Shown one piece after another: positions 51,601 to 64,000 of a stretch of DNA of 64,000 bases. The position numbers were made by a program, and so were the translations under genes. This DNA is from Mustelus asterias (taxonomy: Eukaryota): assembly GCF_964213995.1 (NCBI RefSeq), contig NW_027590479.1, positions 1 to 64,000 on the forward strand. The letters run 5' to 3'. The notes under the pieces are model-generated. The model did not search any database, had not been told where the DNA came from, and worked only from the letters and a program-made list of their open reading frames with translations. Position 1 is the first letter of the stretch; each line of letters opens with the position of its first letter.

Positions 51601-54600
51601 GGGTGGGGGGGAGTGCGGGTGGGGGGGAGTGCAGGTGGAGGGGAGTGCGGGTGGGGGGGGAGTGCGGGTGGGGGATGCGGGTGGGGGGGTGTGGCGGTGG
51701 GGGTGCAGTGCGGGTGTGGGTGTGCGGGTGGGGGGGGAGTGCGGTATGAGAGGGGAGAGCGCGGGTGGGGTGGGAGTGCGGGTATGAGAGGGGGGAGTGC
51801 GGGTGCGAGGGTGGGGGGGGAGTGCGGGTGGGGGGGGAGTGCGGGTGCGAGGGTGGGGGGGGAGAGCGGGTGGGGGGGAGTGCGGGTGTGAGGGTGGGGG
51901 GGAGTGCGGGTGGGGGGGAGTGCGGGTGCGAGGGTGGGGGGGATTGCGGGTGGGGGGGAGTGCGGGTGCGAGGGTGGGGGGGGGAGTGTGGGTGGGAGGG
52001 GAGTGCGGGTGGGATGGTGGGGGGGGAGTGCGGGTGGGGGAGAGTGCGGGTGAGATGGTGGGGGGGGGATTGCGGGTGGGGGGGAGTGCGGGTCGGGGGG
52101 AGTGCGGGTGGGGGGGGAGTGCGGGTGGGGGGGAGTGCGGGTGGGGGGGGAGTGCGGGTGGGGGGGAGTGCGGGTGGGGGGAGTGCGGGTGGGGGGGAGT
52201 GCGGGTGGGGGGGTGCGGGTGGGGGGGTGGGGGGGTGGGGGGACAGTGCGGGTGGGGGGATGCGGGTGGGGGGGGAGTGCGGTATGAGAGGGGGGGAGTG
52301 CGGGTGGGGTGGGAGTGCGGGTATGAGAGGGGGGAGTGCGGGTGCGAGGGTGGGGGAGGAGTGCGGGTGGGGGGGGAGTGCGGGTGCGAGGGTGGGGGGG
52401 GAGAGCGGGTGGGGGGGAGTGCGGGTGCGAGGGTGGGGGGGGAGTGCGGGTGGGGGGGGAGTGCGGGTGCGAGGGTGGGGTGGTAGTGCGGGTGGGGGGG
52501 AGTGCGGGTGCGAGGGCTGGGGGGGAGTGTGGGTGGGAGGGGAGTGCGGGTGGGATGGTGGGGGGGGAGTGTGGGTGGGGGGGAGTGCGGGTGGGGGGGA
52601 GTGCGGGTGGGGGGTTGGGGGGGGAGTGTGGGTGGGATGGTGGGGGGGGAAGTGTGGGTGGGGGGGGAATGCGGGTGGGATGGTGGGGGGGGAGTGTTGG
52701 TGGGGGGGAGTGCGGGTGGGGGGGGAGTGCGGGTGGGGGGGGAATGCGGGTGGGGGGGAGTGCGGGTGGGGGGGGATGCGGGTGGGGGGGAGTGCGGGTG
52801 GGATGGTGGGGGGGGAAGTGTTGGTGGGGGTGAGTGCGGGTGGGGGGGGAATGCGGGTGGGGGGGAGTGCGGTTGGGGGGGAGTGCGGGTGGGGGGGAGA
52901 GCGGGTGAGGGGTTGGGGGGGGAGTGCGTGTGGGGGTGTGGGGGTGGGAGTGCGGGTGGGGGGGAGTGCGGGTGGGGGGGGAGTGCGGGTGGGGGTGGGA
53001 GTGCGGGTGGGGGGGAGTGCGGGTGGGGGGGGAGTGCGGGTGGGGGGGGGAGTGCGGGTGGGGGGGAGTGCGGGTGGGGGGGGAGTGCGGGTGGGGGGGT
53101 GAGTGCGGGTGGGGGGGAGTGCGGGTGGGGGGAGTGCGGGTGCGAGGGTGGGGGGTGTGGGTGGGGGGGGAGTGCGGGTGGGGCGGGTGCGGGTGGGGCG
53201 GAGTGCGGGTGGGGGTGGTGCGGGTGGGGGGGAGTGCGGGTGCGAGGGTGGGGGTCGTGTGGGTGGGGGGGGAGTGCGGGTGGGGGGAGTGCGGGTGCGA
53301 GGGTGGGGGGGGCGGGTGGGGGGAGTGCGGGTGGGCGGGTGGGGGGGGACTGCGGGTGGGGGGGAGTGCGGGTGGGGGGTAGAGCCGGTGGGGGGGGAGT
53401 GCGGGTGGGGGGGGAGTGCGGGTGCGAGGGTGGGGGGGGAGTGCGTGTGGGGGGGAGTGCGGGTGCGAGGGTGGGGGGGGAGTGCGGGTGGGGGGGGAGT
53501 GCGGGTGCGAGGGTGGGGTGGTAGTGCGGGTGGGGTGGAGTGCGGGTGCGAGGGCTGGGGGGGAGTGTGGGTGGGAGGGGAGTGCGGGTGGGATGGTGGG
53601 GGGGGAGTGTGGGTGGGGGGGAGTGCGGGTGGGGGGGAGTGCGGGTGCGGGGTTGGGGGGGGAGTGTGGGTGGGATGGTGGGGGGGGAAGTGTGGGTGGG
53701 GGGGGAATGCGGGTGGGATGGTGGGGGGGGGGAGTGTTGGTGGGGGGGAGTGCGGGTGGGGGGGGAGTGCGGGTGGGGGGGGAATGCGGGTGGGGGGGAG
53801 TGCGGGTGGGGGGGGGATGCGGGTGGGGGGGAGTGCGGGTGGGATGGTGGGGGGGGAAGTGTTGGTGGGGGTGAGTGCGGGTGGGGGGGGAATGCGGGTG
53901 GGGGGGAGTGCGGTTGGGGGGGAGTGCGGGTGGGGGGGAGAGCGGGTGAGGGGTTGGGGGGGAGTGCGTGTGGGGGTGTGGGGGGGGGAGTGCGGGTGGG
54001 GGGGAGTGCGGGTGGGGGGGGAGTGCGGGTGGGGGTGGGAGTGCGGGTGGGGGGGAGTGCGGGTGGGGGGGGAGTGCGGGTGGGGGGGGAGTGCGGGTGG
54101 GGGGAGTGCGGGTGGGGGGGGAGTGCGGGTGGGGGGGGGAGTGCGGGTGGGGGGGAGTGCGGGTGGGGGGAGTGCGGGTGCGAGGGTGGGGGGGTGTGGG
54201 TGGGGGGGAGTGCGGGTGGGGCGGGTGCGGGTGGGGGGGAGTGCGGGTGGGGGTGGTGCGGGTGGGGGGGAGTGCGGGTGCGAGGGTGGGGGTCGTGTGG
54301 GTGGGGGGGGAGTGCGGGTGGGGGGAGTGCGGGTGCGAGGGTGGGGGGGGCGGGTGGGGGGAGTGCGGGTGGGCGGGTGGGGGGGGACTGCGGGTGGGGG
54401 GGAGTGCGGGTGGGGGGTAGAGCCGGTGGGGGGGGAGTGCGGGTGGGGGGGGAGTGCGGGTGCGAGGGTGGGGGGGGAGTGCGTGTGGGGGGGAGTGCGG
54501 GTGCGAGGGTGGGGGGTAGTGCGGGTGCGAGGGTGGGGGGGGAGTGCGGGTGGGGGGGGAGGGCGGGTGGGGGGGAGTGCGGGTGCGAGGGTGGGGGGGG

Positions 54601-55000
54601 AGTGCGGGTGGGGGGGGAGGGCGGGTGGGGGGGAATGCGGGTGCGAGGGTGGGGTGGGGAGTGCGGGTGGGGGGGAATGCGGGTGGGGGGGAGTGCGGGT
54701 GGGGGGGGAGTGCGGGTGCGAGGGTGGGGGGGGAGAGCGGGTGGGGGGGAGTGCGGGTACGAGGGTGGGGGGGGAGTGCGGGTGGGGGGGGAGTGCGGGT
54801 GGGGGCGGAGTGCGGGTGGGGGGGAGTGCGGGTGGGGGGGGAGTGCGGGTGGGGGGGGAGTGCGGGTGGGTGGGGAGTGCGGGTGGGGGGGGTTGCAGGT
54901 GGGGGGGTGTGCGGGTGGGGGGGGATTGCGGGTGGGGGGGGGAGTGCGGGTGGGGGGGAGTGCGGGTGGGAGAGGGGGGCCGCGTGCGCGCGAGGGGAGC
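48685..55000 (+). repeat. G-rich satellite, unit ~G5-8AGTGCGGGT, with higher-order duplications
   Basis: Direct reading; marker variants recur, e.g. cgagggctgg at ~52511 and ~53549, and ggtatgagag at ~48982, 49450, 51743 and 52281. Confidence 0.97.
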
Positions 55001-58000
55001 GAGTGTGGGAGCCGCAGCAGAGTTTAGATGTCAGATGGGTAGTGATGAGGTGAGATGGAAATTTTATGATGAGAGGATAATTTTGTGGAGAAAAAGAAAG
55101 ATTGTAGGGGTGAGAGAGGCAGTGTTGAGTTGTGTGGGGGCTGTCGAGGCGAGAAGGGGCGTGCTGAGATCAGAGAAAGTTGAGGGGAGAGGGTATTGCT
55201 GAGATGAGATGGTGGTGTTTTGAGATGAGAGGGATTGTTTGGTCCTGAGAGGGGGAATGCCGAGGGGGGAGAGGGGGAAAGGCTGACGGGTGAGGGAGGG
55301 TGGAAAGGCTGACGGGTGAGGGAGGGGGGATCGCTGACGGGAGAGGAAGGGGGAAAGACCGACGGGAGAGGGAGTGGGGGGAAGACCGACGGGAGAGGGA
55401 AAGGCTGACGGGAGAGGGAGGGGAGGAACTGCCGACGGGAAAGGGAAGGGGAAACGCCGACGGGAGAGGGAGGGGAACTTGGAGGGCGAGGGGTGGGTGG
55501 ACATGGGTGGCAGTTTTGCGTTGAGATGGAGAGTGTGGAAGTGAAAAGGAACTTTTGAGGTGAGAGGAAGTGAGTTGAGGTGAGGAGGGGGGTGTGTAGG
55601 GGTGAGGAGGGGGGTGTGTTGGGGTGAGTGGAGGGGGAGTTTTGGGATGAGAGGGGAATGTCCCGGTGAGTGGGGGGTGAGCTCAGGTTAGCGGCGAGGG
55701 TGTTGAGATGATTGTGGGATGGTTGAGGTGACAGTGCGAGAGTTTAGAGTGGGGCTGTTGAGGTGAACAGTGAGTTCTGAGTTGGGGGCAGTGTTTAGGC
55801 GAGAGGGGAAGCTTCGACATTGGGGTGGGCCAGTGCAGGTGAGAGTGGGTGAGGTTTATGGTGTGAGGGGTTCTTGTTGAGGACAGAGTGGGTGAATGTT
55901 GAGGTAACACATGGTGAGTGTTGATGTGAGGGGTGAGTATTGAGGGCAGACGAAGTGGTTTAAGGTGAGAGGGAAATATTCAGGTGAGGGGGAAGTGTTT
56001 AGGTCAGAGGGGAGTATTGCGGTGAGGGGCAGAGCGTTGAGGACAAAGGGGCTGGCGGATATGAGACTAAGTGTTTAAGGTGAGTGGGGGAGGGCTCTGT
56101 TGAGATGGTTTGTGTTGTGATGACAGGGCGAACTTTGAGTTAAGGCGGGATTGTTAATGTGACTGTCAGAGCATGGTGAGGTGAGACTGGGAGTGTGGAG
56201 AAGGGGAGGAGCGTGGAGGAGAGAGGGAGGGGGGAGCGTGGAGGAGAGAGGGAGGGGGAGTGTGGAGGAGAGAGGGAGGGGGGAGCGTGGAGGAGAGAGG
56301 GAGGGGGAGTGTGGAGGAGAGAGGGAGGGGCGAGCGTGGAGGAGGGAGGGAGGGGGGAGCGTGGAGGAGGGAGGGAGGGGGGAGCGTGGAGGAGGGAGGG
56401 AGGGGGGAGCGTGGAGGAGGGAGGGAGGGGGGAGCGTGGAGGAGAGAGGGAGGGGGGAGCGTGGAGGAGAGAGGGAGGGGGGAGCGTGGAGGGGGGAGGG
56501 AGGGGGGAGCGTGGAGGAGGGAGGGAGGGGGGAGCGTGGAGGAGGGAGGGAGGGGGAGCGTGGAGGAGGGAGGGAGGGGGGAGCGTGGAGGGGGGAGGGA
56601 GGGGGGAGCGTGGAGGGGGGAGGGAGAGGGAGCGTGGAGGAGGGAGGGAGGGGGAGCGTGGAGGAGGGAGGGGGGAGCGTGGAGGAGGGAGGGAGGGGGG
56701 AGCGTGGAGGAGGGAGGGAGGGGGGAGCGTGGAGGAGGGAGGGAGGGGGGAGCGTGGAGGAGGGAGGGAGGGGGGAGCGTGGAGGGGGTGGGAGGGGGGA
56801 GCGTGGAGGAGGGAGGGAAGTGGGACTGTGGAGGAGGGAGGGAGGGGGAGCGTGCATGAGGGAGGGAGGGGGGAGTTTGGAGGAGGGAGGGAGCGGGGAC
56901 CGTAGAGGAGGGAGGGAGGGGGGAGCGTGGAGGAGGGAGGGAGGGGGGAGCGTGGAGGAGAGAGGGAGGGGGGAGCGTGGAGGGGGGAGGGAGGGGGGAG
57001 CGTGGAGGGGGGAGGGAGGGGGGAGCGTGGAAGAGGGAGGGAGGGGGGAGCGTGGAGGAGGGAGGGAGGGGGAGCGTGGAGGAGGGAGGGAGGGGGGAGC
57101 GTGGAGGGGGGAGGGAGGGGGGAGCGTGGAGGGGGGAGGGAGAGGGAGCGTGGAGGAGGGAGGGAGGGGGAGCGTGGAGGAGGGAGGGGGGAGCGTGGAG
57201 GAGGGAGGGAGGGGGGAGCGTGGAGGAGGGAGGGAGGGGGGAGCGTGGAGGGGGGAGGGAGAGGGAGCGTGGAGGAGGGAGGGAGGGGGAGCGTGGAGGA
57301 GGGAGGGGGGAGCGTGGAGGAGGGAGGGAGGGGGGAGCGTGGAGGAGGGAGGGAGGGGGGAGCGTGGAGGAGGGAGGGAGGGGGGAGCGTGGAGGAGGGA
57401 GGGAGGGGGGAGCGTGGAGGGGGTGGGAGGGGGGAGCGTGGAGGTGGGAGGGAAGTGGGACTGTGGAGGAGGGAGGGAGGGGGAGCGTGCATGAGGGAGG
57501 GAGGGGGGAGTTTGAAGGAGGGAGGGAGCGGGGACCGTAGAGGACGGAGGGAGGGGGGAGCGTGGAGGAGGGAGGGAGGAGGGAGGGAGCGGGAGCGTGG
57601 AGGAGGGAGGGAGGGGGGAGCGTGGAGGAGGGAGGGAAGTGGGAGTGTGGAGGAGGGAGGGAGGGGGGAGTTTGGAGGAGGGAGGGAGCGGGGACCGTAG
57701 AGGAGGGAGGGAGGGGGGAGCGTGGAGGAGGGAGGGAGGAGGGAGGGAGTGGGAGCGTGGAGGAGGGAGGGAGGGGGGAGCGTGGAGGAGGGAGGGAGGA
57801 GGGAGGGAGCGGGGACCGTAGAGGAGGGAGGGAGGGGGGAGCGTGGAGGAGGGAGGGAGGAGGGAGGGAGCGGGAGCGTGGAGGAGCGAGGGAGGGGGAA
57901 GCGTGGAGGAGGGAGGGAGGGGAGAGCCTGGAGGAGGGAGGGGAGAGCCTGGAGGAGAGACGGAGGGGAGAGTTTGGAGGAGGGAGGGAGGGAGGGAGGG

Positions 58001-59269
58001 GGTAGCATAGAGGAGGGAGGGGTGAGCCAGAGGAGAGAGCGAGGGGAGAGCCTGGAGGAGGGAGGGAGGGAGGTGGAGCGAGGAGGAGGGGGGGATTGTG
58101 GGTGTGGAGGAGAGAGATTGTTGAGGGGAAAGGGGTTGTGGCAGTGAGAGGGAGAGTGATGAGATGAGAGGTGGTGTATTGTGATGAGGGGGGTTTGTTG
58201 AGGTGAGAGGGGGAAAGTTAAAATGAGATGGTGGGAGTTGAGGTGAGGCAATGTGCTGAGATGAGAAGGGAGAGCGGACGTGATGGGGGGAGAATGTTGT
58301 GGTGAGACAGAGGGTGGGATTTGTCCCCCACGCTCACCCCCAAATCGGATAATCCCGCCAGAGGTAATGGGATCTTCACACGGTCTGTGCCCGTCTGCTC
58401 CGACCCCCGTGTGGTGTGGGATGGGAGATTTATCTCTTGGGGATCTTGAGGTGAGAGTGTGAAGCTGGGTGAAGAGTGTAGAGATCAGATGGGTAGTGTT
58501 GTGGTGGTTGGGGTAATGTACAGGTGAGCAGGGAGGATTGTTCTGAGGGGGGAATATGTTAAGGTGGGAGGGGGAGAGTTGTGTTGAGTGGTGGAGTGTT
58601 GAGTTGAGAGGTGGTGTTCTGGTGAGAGGGCTGATGTTGTCAGTGGGAGAATGTAGATGTGAGAAGTTGAGTGTTGAGGTGAGAATTGGCCTGTTGCGAT
58701 GAGAAGGAATATGTTGCGGTACGGGGATGTGTGTTGAGGATTGGGGAAGTGTGTTGAGATGGAGGAGAGTGTTAAATTGAGGGTGTGGTTTTGAGGGGTG
58801 AGAGTGTTGAGGTGAGTAGGGGAGTTTTGACATGAGAGGGACATTGTTCCATTGAGGCACGGCAGTGTTAAGGTAATGGGGCATGTCGAGCTGAGAGAAG
58901 GAATGTTCATGTGAGAGGGCTGTGTTGATGTGTGAGGGGGAGTATTAAGGAGAGCGGGGAGTGTTTAGATAGGAATGGTCGCTGAGATCAGAAGGGGTGG
59001 GTTTTGAGATAAGGGAGGTGTGGATCGCAGGCGGTGAATTCGGATGTGAGAGGGAGAATTTAGATGTGAGATGGATAGTGTTGAGGAGAAAGGGTGTAAT
59101 GTCTGTGTGATAGAGATTGGGTAGAGAGGGGAAGGGGAGTATGGAGGTGAGCAGGGGGGGGGGGGTGTTGAGAAAAGGGTGTGTATTGAAGTGACAGGAT
59201 AGTGTTGGTGTGAGAGGGAGCGTGTTTTGGTAATGGGGGGTCCTGAGTTGAGAGCGAGAGTGTTAATGT
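55000..59269 (+). repeat. Purine-skewed repeats: (GACGGGAGAGGG..)n at 55260-55480, ~25-bp (GGAGGAGGGAGGGAGGGGGGAGCGT)n at 56190-58090, with degenerate TGTTGAGGTGAG flanks
   Basis: Direct reading. Confidence 0.92.
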
Positions 59270-60500
59270 TGTCATGTGAATGAACCTTTAAGAATGTTTT
59301 GTTGAATCTTGCAGCTTACATGGAGGTGGAGATAAGCTGTGGCAGTCAGGTCATCATTTTTTTTCCTTTTGGTCTTTTAGTTTAGTTTTGGGAAGCAGTT
59401 TAGTGGAAGCTAAGAAGCAATCTCTTTCTCCCTCGTCCTGTCCTCTTTTTAAAAAGCTGTGTTTTGCAAACAGAATCGGCTACAACCTCTTCTGAGTTTC
59501 TTCTCAGGGGATTTTGAGCATTCAGCCCAGGAGGCTGGACACATGTAATAATTCGGCACTTACCTCTGCTGTATTGTGGTGATTTAGAGGGTTTTGTGGA
59601 TTGGATGTTGGCTTTGGTTGGAACACACTCGAGATATTTCCTTCAGAGTTATACATGATAGTGTTTCTTGTTTGTAAATGTTAAAAGTTCTTGCTAATTG
59701 TCTTCCTATACATGTCAACAATATTCTTAATTAAACTTTGTTTTGAATAAAAGTTCCTTGTGGGTCAGTTGACTCACACTTGAAGTGAAACCTCTCGTGC
59801 TCCTTCTAGCCAGATTCAAGGTAAAGCGTTACAGGTCACTGGAGCTTCATGGAACACCTGGAAGTATCCAACCTGACTGATAACAACTGGGGGCTCCGGG
59901 GTTGAAATCTGTCTGTTTTGATTGATTTGGGATTAGTGAACTCAAAGACAGTGAGTGGTGCGCAGATTTGTGTTTTCTTTTCAGGTGTTGTATTGAAGTT
60001 TAAATAGGGAGTGTGGTTTGGATTGATGGCTCTTTCAGAGGCTCAGAAGTTTCTGCGGGTGGAGAAATTCATGCAAGTGACCTTACAGATGGTGACTAAA
60101 GCAAAGCTTTTGGAATTGGAAACGCATTGACGTTGACATTATCTGACAGATTACGGAAAGAAGAGATAATTGTGGCGATAGCACAGGATTTGGAATTGTC
60201 AGAAGCTCAGTCAGAATCGTTGGAAATGGCGAGAATTCAGTTACAAATGAAACTGACTGAATACAAAAAATAATTAAAACTCTTTGAATTGCAGGCAAAC
60301 GGAATGGAAAGGGAGGAACAGTAAGCAAAATAATTAAATCTATATGAATTACAAGCAAATGAGAAAAAAGGAGGCAAGGGAAAGGGAGAAGGAAAAATAG
60401 ACTTTGAACTTCAGACACTGGCCTTCAAATATAAACATCGGGTACGATTGGCGGAGTAAAGGGCAAAGTACAGACTGAGGGTAGTGATGAGGATAGTGAG
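59270..60500 (+). mobile_element. LTR element remnant: 5' LTR, tRNA-Pro-like PBS and decayed gag (possibly Gmr1-like Gypsy)
   Basis: TGTCATG...AATAAA (~59746)...TAACA (59885); TGGGGGCTC at 59888; gag-like MALSEAQKFL from 60026. Confidence 0.7.
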
Positions 60501-60504
60501 AGAA

Positions 60505-63500
60505 TGAGGGGCAGAACATCAATCAGGAGATAGGAAAGGCCGATACAAAAGGAAAGGTTTCAATAATCATGGGGGACTTCAATATGCAGGAGGACTGGGA
60601 AAATCAGGTAGGTAGTGGATCCCAAGAAAAGGAAAGTGTGGAATGTCTGACAGATGGCTTTTTAGAGCAGCTTGTGACAGAGCCGACTAGGGAACAGGCA
60701 ATTCTGGATTTAGTGATGTGTTATGAGGCAGATTTGATTAGGGAACTTAAGGTGAAGGAACCCTTAGGGAGCAGTGACCAAAACATGATAGAATTTACCC
60801 CGCAGTTTGAGAGGAAGGAGCTGGAGTCAGATGTAACGGTATTACAATTAAATAAAGGTAGCTACGAGGACATGAGGGAGGAGCTGGCCAGAGTTGATTG
60901 GAAAGGGAGCCTGGCAGGGAAGACAGTGGAACATCAATGGCAGGAGATTTTGAGAGTTATTCCAGAGGCACAACAGAAATTCTTCCCAAGGAGGAAGAAA
61001 CATGCCACAGGGAGGACGAGGCATCCATGGCTGATGGGGAAGTCAAGGACGGGATAAAAGCAAAAGAAAAAGCATAGAAAGTGGCAAGGATTAGTGGGAA
61101 GGCAGAGGATTGGGAAGCCTTTAAAAGCGAGCAGAGGACAACTAAAAAAGCAATAAGGGGGGAGAAGATGAAATATGAGTGTAAGCCAGCTTGTAATATA
61201 AAAGAAGATAGGAAGAGTGTTTTTCAAGATATAAAAGGTAAGAGAGAGAGAGGCAAAAATAGCCATTGGACCACTGGAAAATGAGACTGGAGAAGGAGTA
61301 ATAGGAAACAAAGAAATGGCAGAGGAACTGAATAGTTACTTTGCATCAGTCTTCACGGTGGAAGACACCAGTGGGATGCCAGAGCTCCTGGAGAGTCAGA
61401 GTGCACAGGTGGGTGTAGTGGCCATCACTAAGGAGAAGGTTCTGGGGAAACTGAAAGGTCTGTCGGTGGATAAATCACCTGGACCGGATGGACGACACCC
61501 CAGGATTCTATTCGAGATAGGCGAGGAAATTGTGGAGGCATTGGTGGTGATCTTTCAGGAATCACTGGAGGCAGGGAGTAGCTAATGTAACACCTGTTTA
61601 AGGAAGGAGGTAGGCAGCAGACAGGAAATTATAGGTCGGTTATTAGTCGTTTAGGAGATGAGAAGGGAGATGTAATAACTGGAAATTTAAAAATGGCTGT
61701 GGCATTAAACAGGTATTTTGTGTCGGTCTTCACAGTGGAAGACAGAAATAACATGCCAAATATTGATGACAGGAAGGCTATGGCAGGTGAGGCTCTAGAA
61801 ACTATCATTATCACTAAAGAGGTAGTGTTGGGCAAGTTAATGGGGCTAAAGGTAGACAAGTCTCCTGGCCCTGATGGAATGCATCCCAAGGTATTAAAAT
61901 AAATGGTGGGGGAAATAGCAAATGCAGCAGTGGAAATTTACCAAAATTGGACTCTGGGGTGTTCGTCGCAGATTGAAAAACAGCAAATGTGACACCACTG
62001 TTTAAAAAAGGATGTAGACTAAAAGCAGGAAACTTTAGACCAGTTAGTTCAACTTCTGGAGTAGGGAAATGCTTGATTCTATCATCAAGGAAGAAATCGC
62101 GAGACATCTGGATATAAGTTGTCCCATTGGTAAGGCGCAGCATTGGTAAGGCTGCAGAAGATTCGGGTACACGGAGTTGGGGGTAAAGTGTTAGCGTGGA
62201 TTGAGGATTGGCTTTCTCACAGGAAGCAGCGTTGGAATAATTGGGTGCTTTTCTGGATGGCAGTTGGTGACTCGTGGCATGCCGCAGGGATCGGTGCTGG
62301 GGCCTCAACTGTTTACCAAATACATAGATGATCTGGAGGAGGGGACCGAGTGTAGGGTAACAAAGTTTGCGGATGATACAAAGATGAGTGGGAAAGTGAA
62401 TTGCGTGGAGGATGCGGAAAGCCTGCAGAGAGATTTGGATAGGCTAAGTGAGTGGGCAAGGATCTGGCAGATGGAGTATAACGTTGACAAGTGTGAGGTT
62501 ATCCACTTTGGAAGGGATAGTAGTAAAATGGACTATTATTTAAATGGTGAAAAATTACAACATGGTACTGTGCAGAGGGACCTGGGGGTTCTTGTGCATG
62601 AATCACAAAAACTCAGTTTGCAGGTGCAGCAGGTGATCAAGAAGGCAAATGGAATGTTGGCCTTTATCACGAGAGGGATGGAGTATAAAAGCAGGGAGGT
62701 CTTGCTGCAATTGTACAGGGTACTGGTGAGGCCGCACCTTGAGTACTGTGTGCAATTTTGGTCCCCTTATTTGCGGAAGGACGTATTGGCCTTGGAGGGA
62801 GTACAGAGAAGGTTCACCAGGTTGATACCGGAGATGAGGGGGTTAGCTTATGAGGAGAGATTCAGTAGTTGGGCCTGTACTCGTTTGAGTTTAGAAGGCT
62901 GAGGGGAGATCTTATAGAGACACATAAGATAATGAAGGGGCTCGACAGGGTAGAGGCAGAGAGATCCTTTCCACGTGGAAGGGAAACAAGAACTAGAGGA
63001 CACAGCCTGAAAATAAGGGAGAGGCAGTTTAGAACAGAGTTGAGGAGGAACGTCTTCTCTCAGAGGGTAGTGAATCTCTGGAATTCTCTGCCCATTGAAG
63101 CAGTGGAGGCTTCCTCGTTAAATATGTTTAAGTCACAGGTAGATAGATCTCTGATCTCAATAAGGGAATTATGGGTATGGGGAGCGGGCGGGTAAGTGGA
63201 ACTAAAGCACTATCAGATCAGCCATGATCTTATTGAATGGCGGGGCAGGCTCGAGGGGCTAGATGGCCTACTCCTGCTCCTATTTCTTATGTTCTTATGA
63301 TCTCGCATGGCTTCATGAAGGGAAGGTCATGTGTGCCTAATTTGGTGGAATTCTTTGAGAACATTACATGTGCAGTGGGCATTGGGAAACCTGTTGATGT
63401 GGTGGATCTAGATTTCCAGAAGGCATTTGACAAGGTGCCGCACCTAAGACTGCTGCATAAGATAAAGGCGCACGGTGTTACGGGTAATGTATTAGCATGG

Positions 63501-63672
63501 ATGGAGGATTGATTAACTAACAGAAAGCAAAGAGTGGGGGTAAGTGAGTGTTTTTTCGGTTGACGATCAGTGACTAGAAATGTGCCTCAGGGATCAGTGT
63601 TGGGACCGCAATTGTTTATGATTTACATAGATGATTTGGAGTTGGGGACCAAGTGTAGTGTGACAAACTTCC
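60505..63672 (+). mobile_element. Several stacked CR1 ORF2 fragments
   Basis: GDFN, YFASVFT (twice), PQGSVLGP, KFADDTK, RPHLEYCVQFWSP; tail (ttcttatg)n at ~63285-63299, then another RT piece. Confidence 0.92.
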
Positions 63673-64000
63673 AATAATTCCAACTGATGGTTATCGTTAA
63701 TGTCATTAAATATGTCTCTCTCTGTCTCTTTCTGTCTTTATGTGCATCCCTCTCTCTGTATCTCTCTCTCTCTCTGCCTGTTTCTCTGTCTCTTACCGTC
63801 TCTCTGCATCTCCCTCATTCACCTTCTATCTACACTCTTCCTCTGTGTCTCCTTCCCCTTCTCAGTCTCTCTCTCTCCTTTTCCCTCTCCTTCTCTGTTC
63901 CCCTTTGCTTATTTCTCTGTCTATCTCTCTCTCTGCATCGCTCTGTCCTTTGCTCTTGCTGTGTCCATTCTACTTATTCAGTCTCACTGTTTAAAATTCG

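Noticed and set aside
48546-58884. Long Gly/Pro/Arg-rich ORFs (up to 914 aa)
   Set aside because: Open in many frames only because the satellites lack stop codons; low complexity with no domains.

Overview
Repeat-rich vertebrate DNA, almost certainly from a shark: it carries HE1-type tRNA-derived SINEs, abundant CR1 LINEs and KRAB-less C2H2 genes starting [13 protein letters not shown]. 1-22.4 kb is a cluster of five C2H2 zinc-finger genes (four apparently coding, one pseudogene). Four of them form two head-to-head pairs on NRF1/CCAAT CpG promoters, and two are recent duplicates of each other. 28-36 kb holds three T-cell-receptor alpha/delta-type V segments: two apparently functional on the - strand (leader, intron, V exon, 23/22-RSS) and one inverted pseudogene, with four CTCF-like motifs among them. 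No D, J or C segment was found, and the functional RSSs face the ZNF cluster. 38-39 kb is a TG satellite containing about 21 co-oriented RSS heptamers. 40-48.7 kb is a full-length decayed CR1 interrupted by a two-LTR Gypsy element that has no tRNA primer site but a 14-nt LTR-complementary (self-priming-type) site and a YLDN RT motif. 48.7-59.3 kb is a G/purine-skewed satellite zone, followed by a tRNA-Pro LTR remnant and stacked CR1 fragments. All calls were made by eye; repeat boundaries are approximate.
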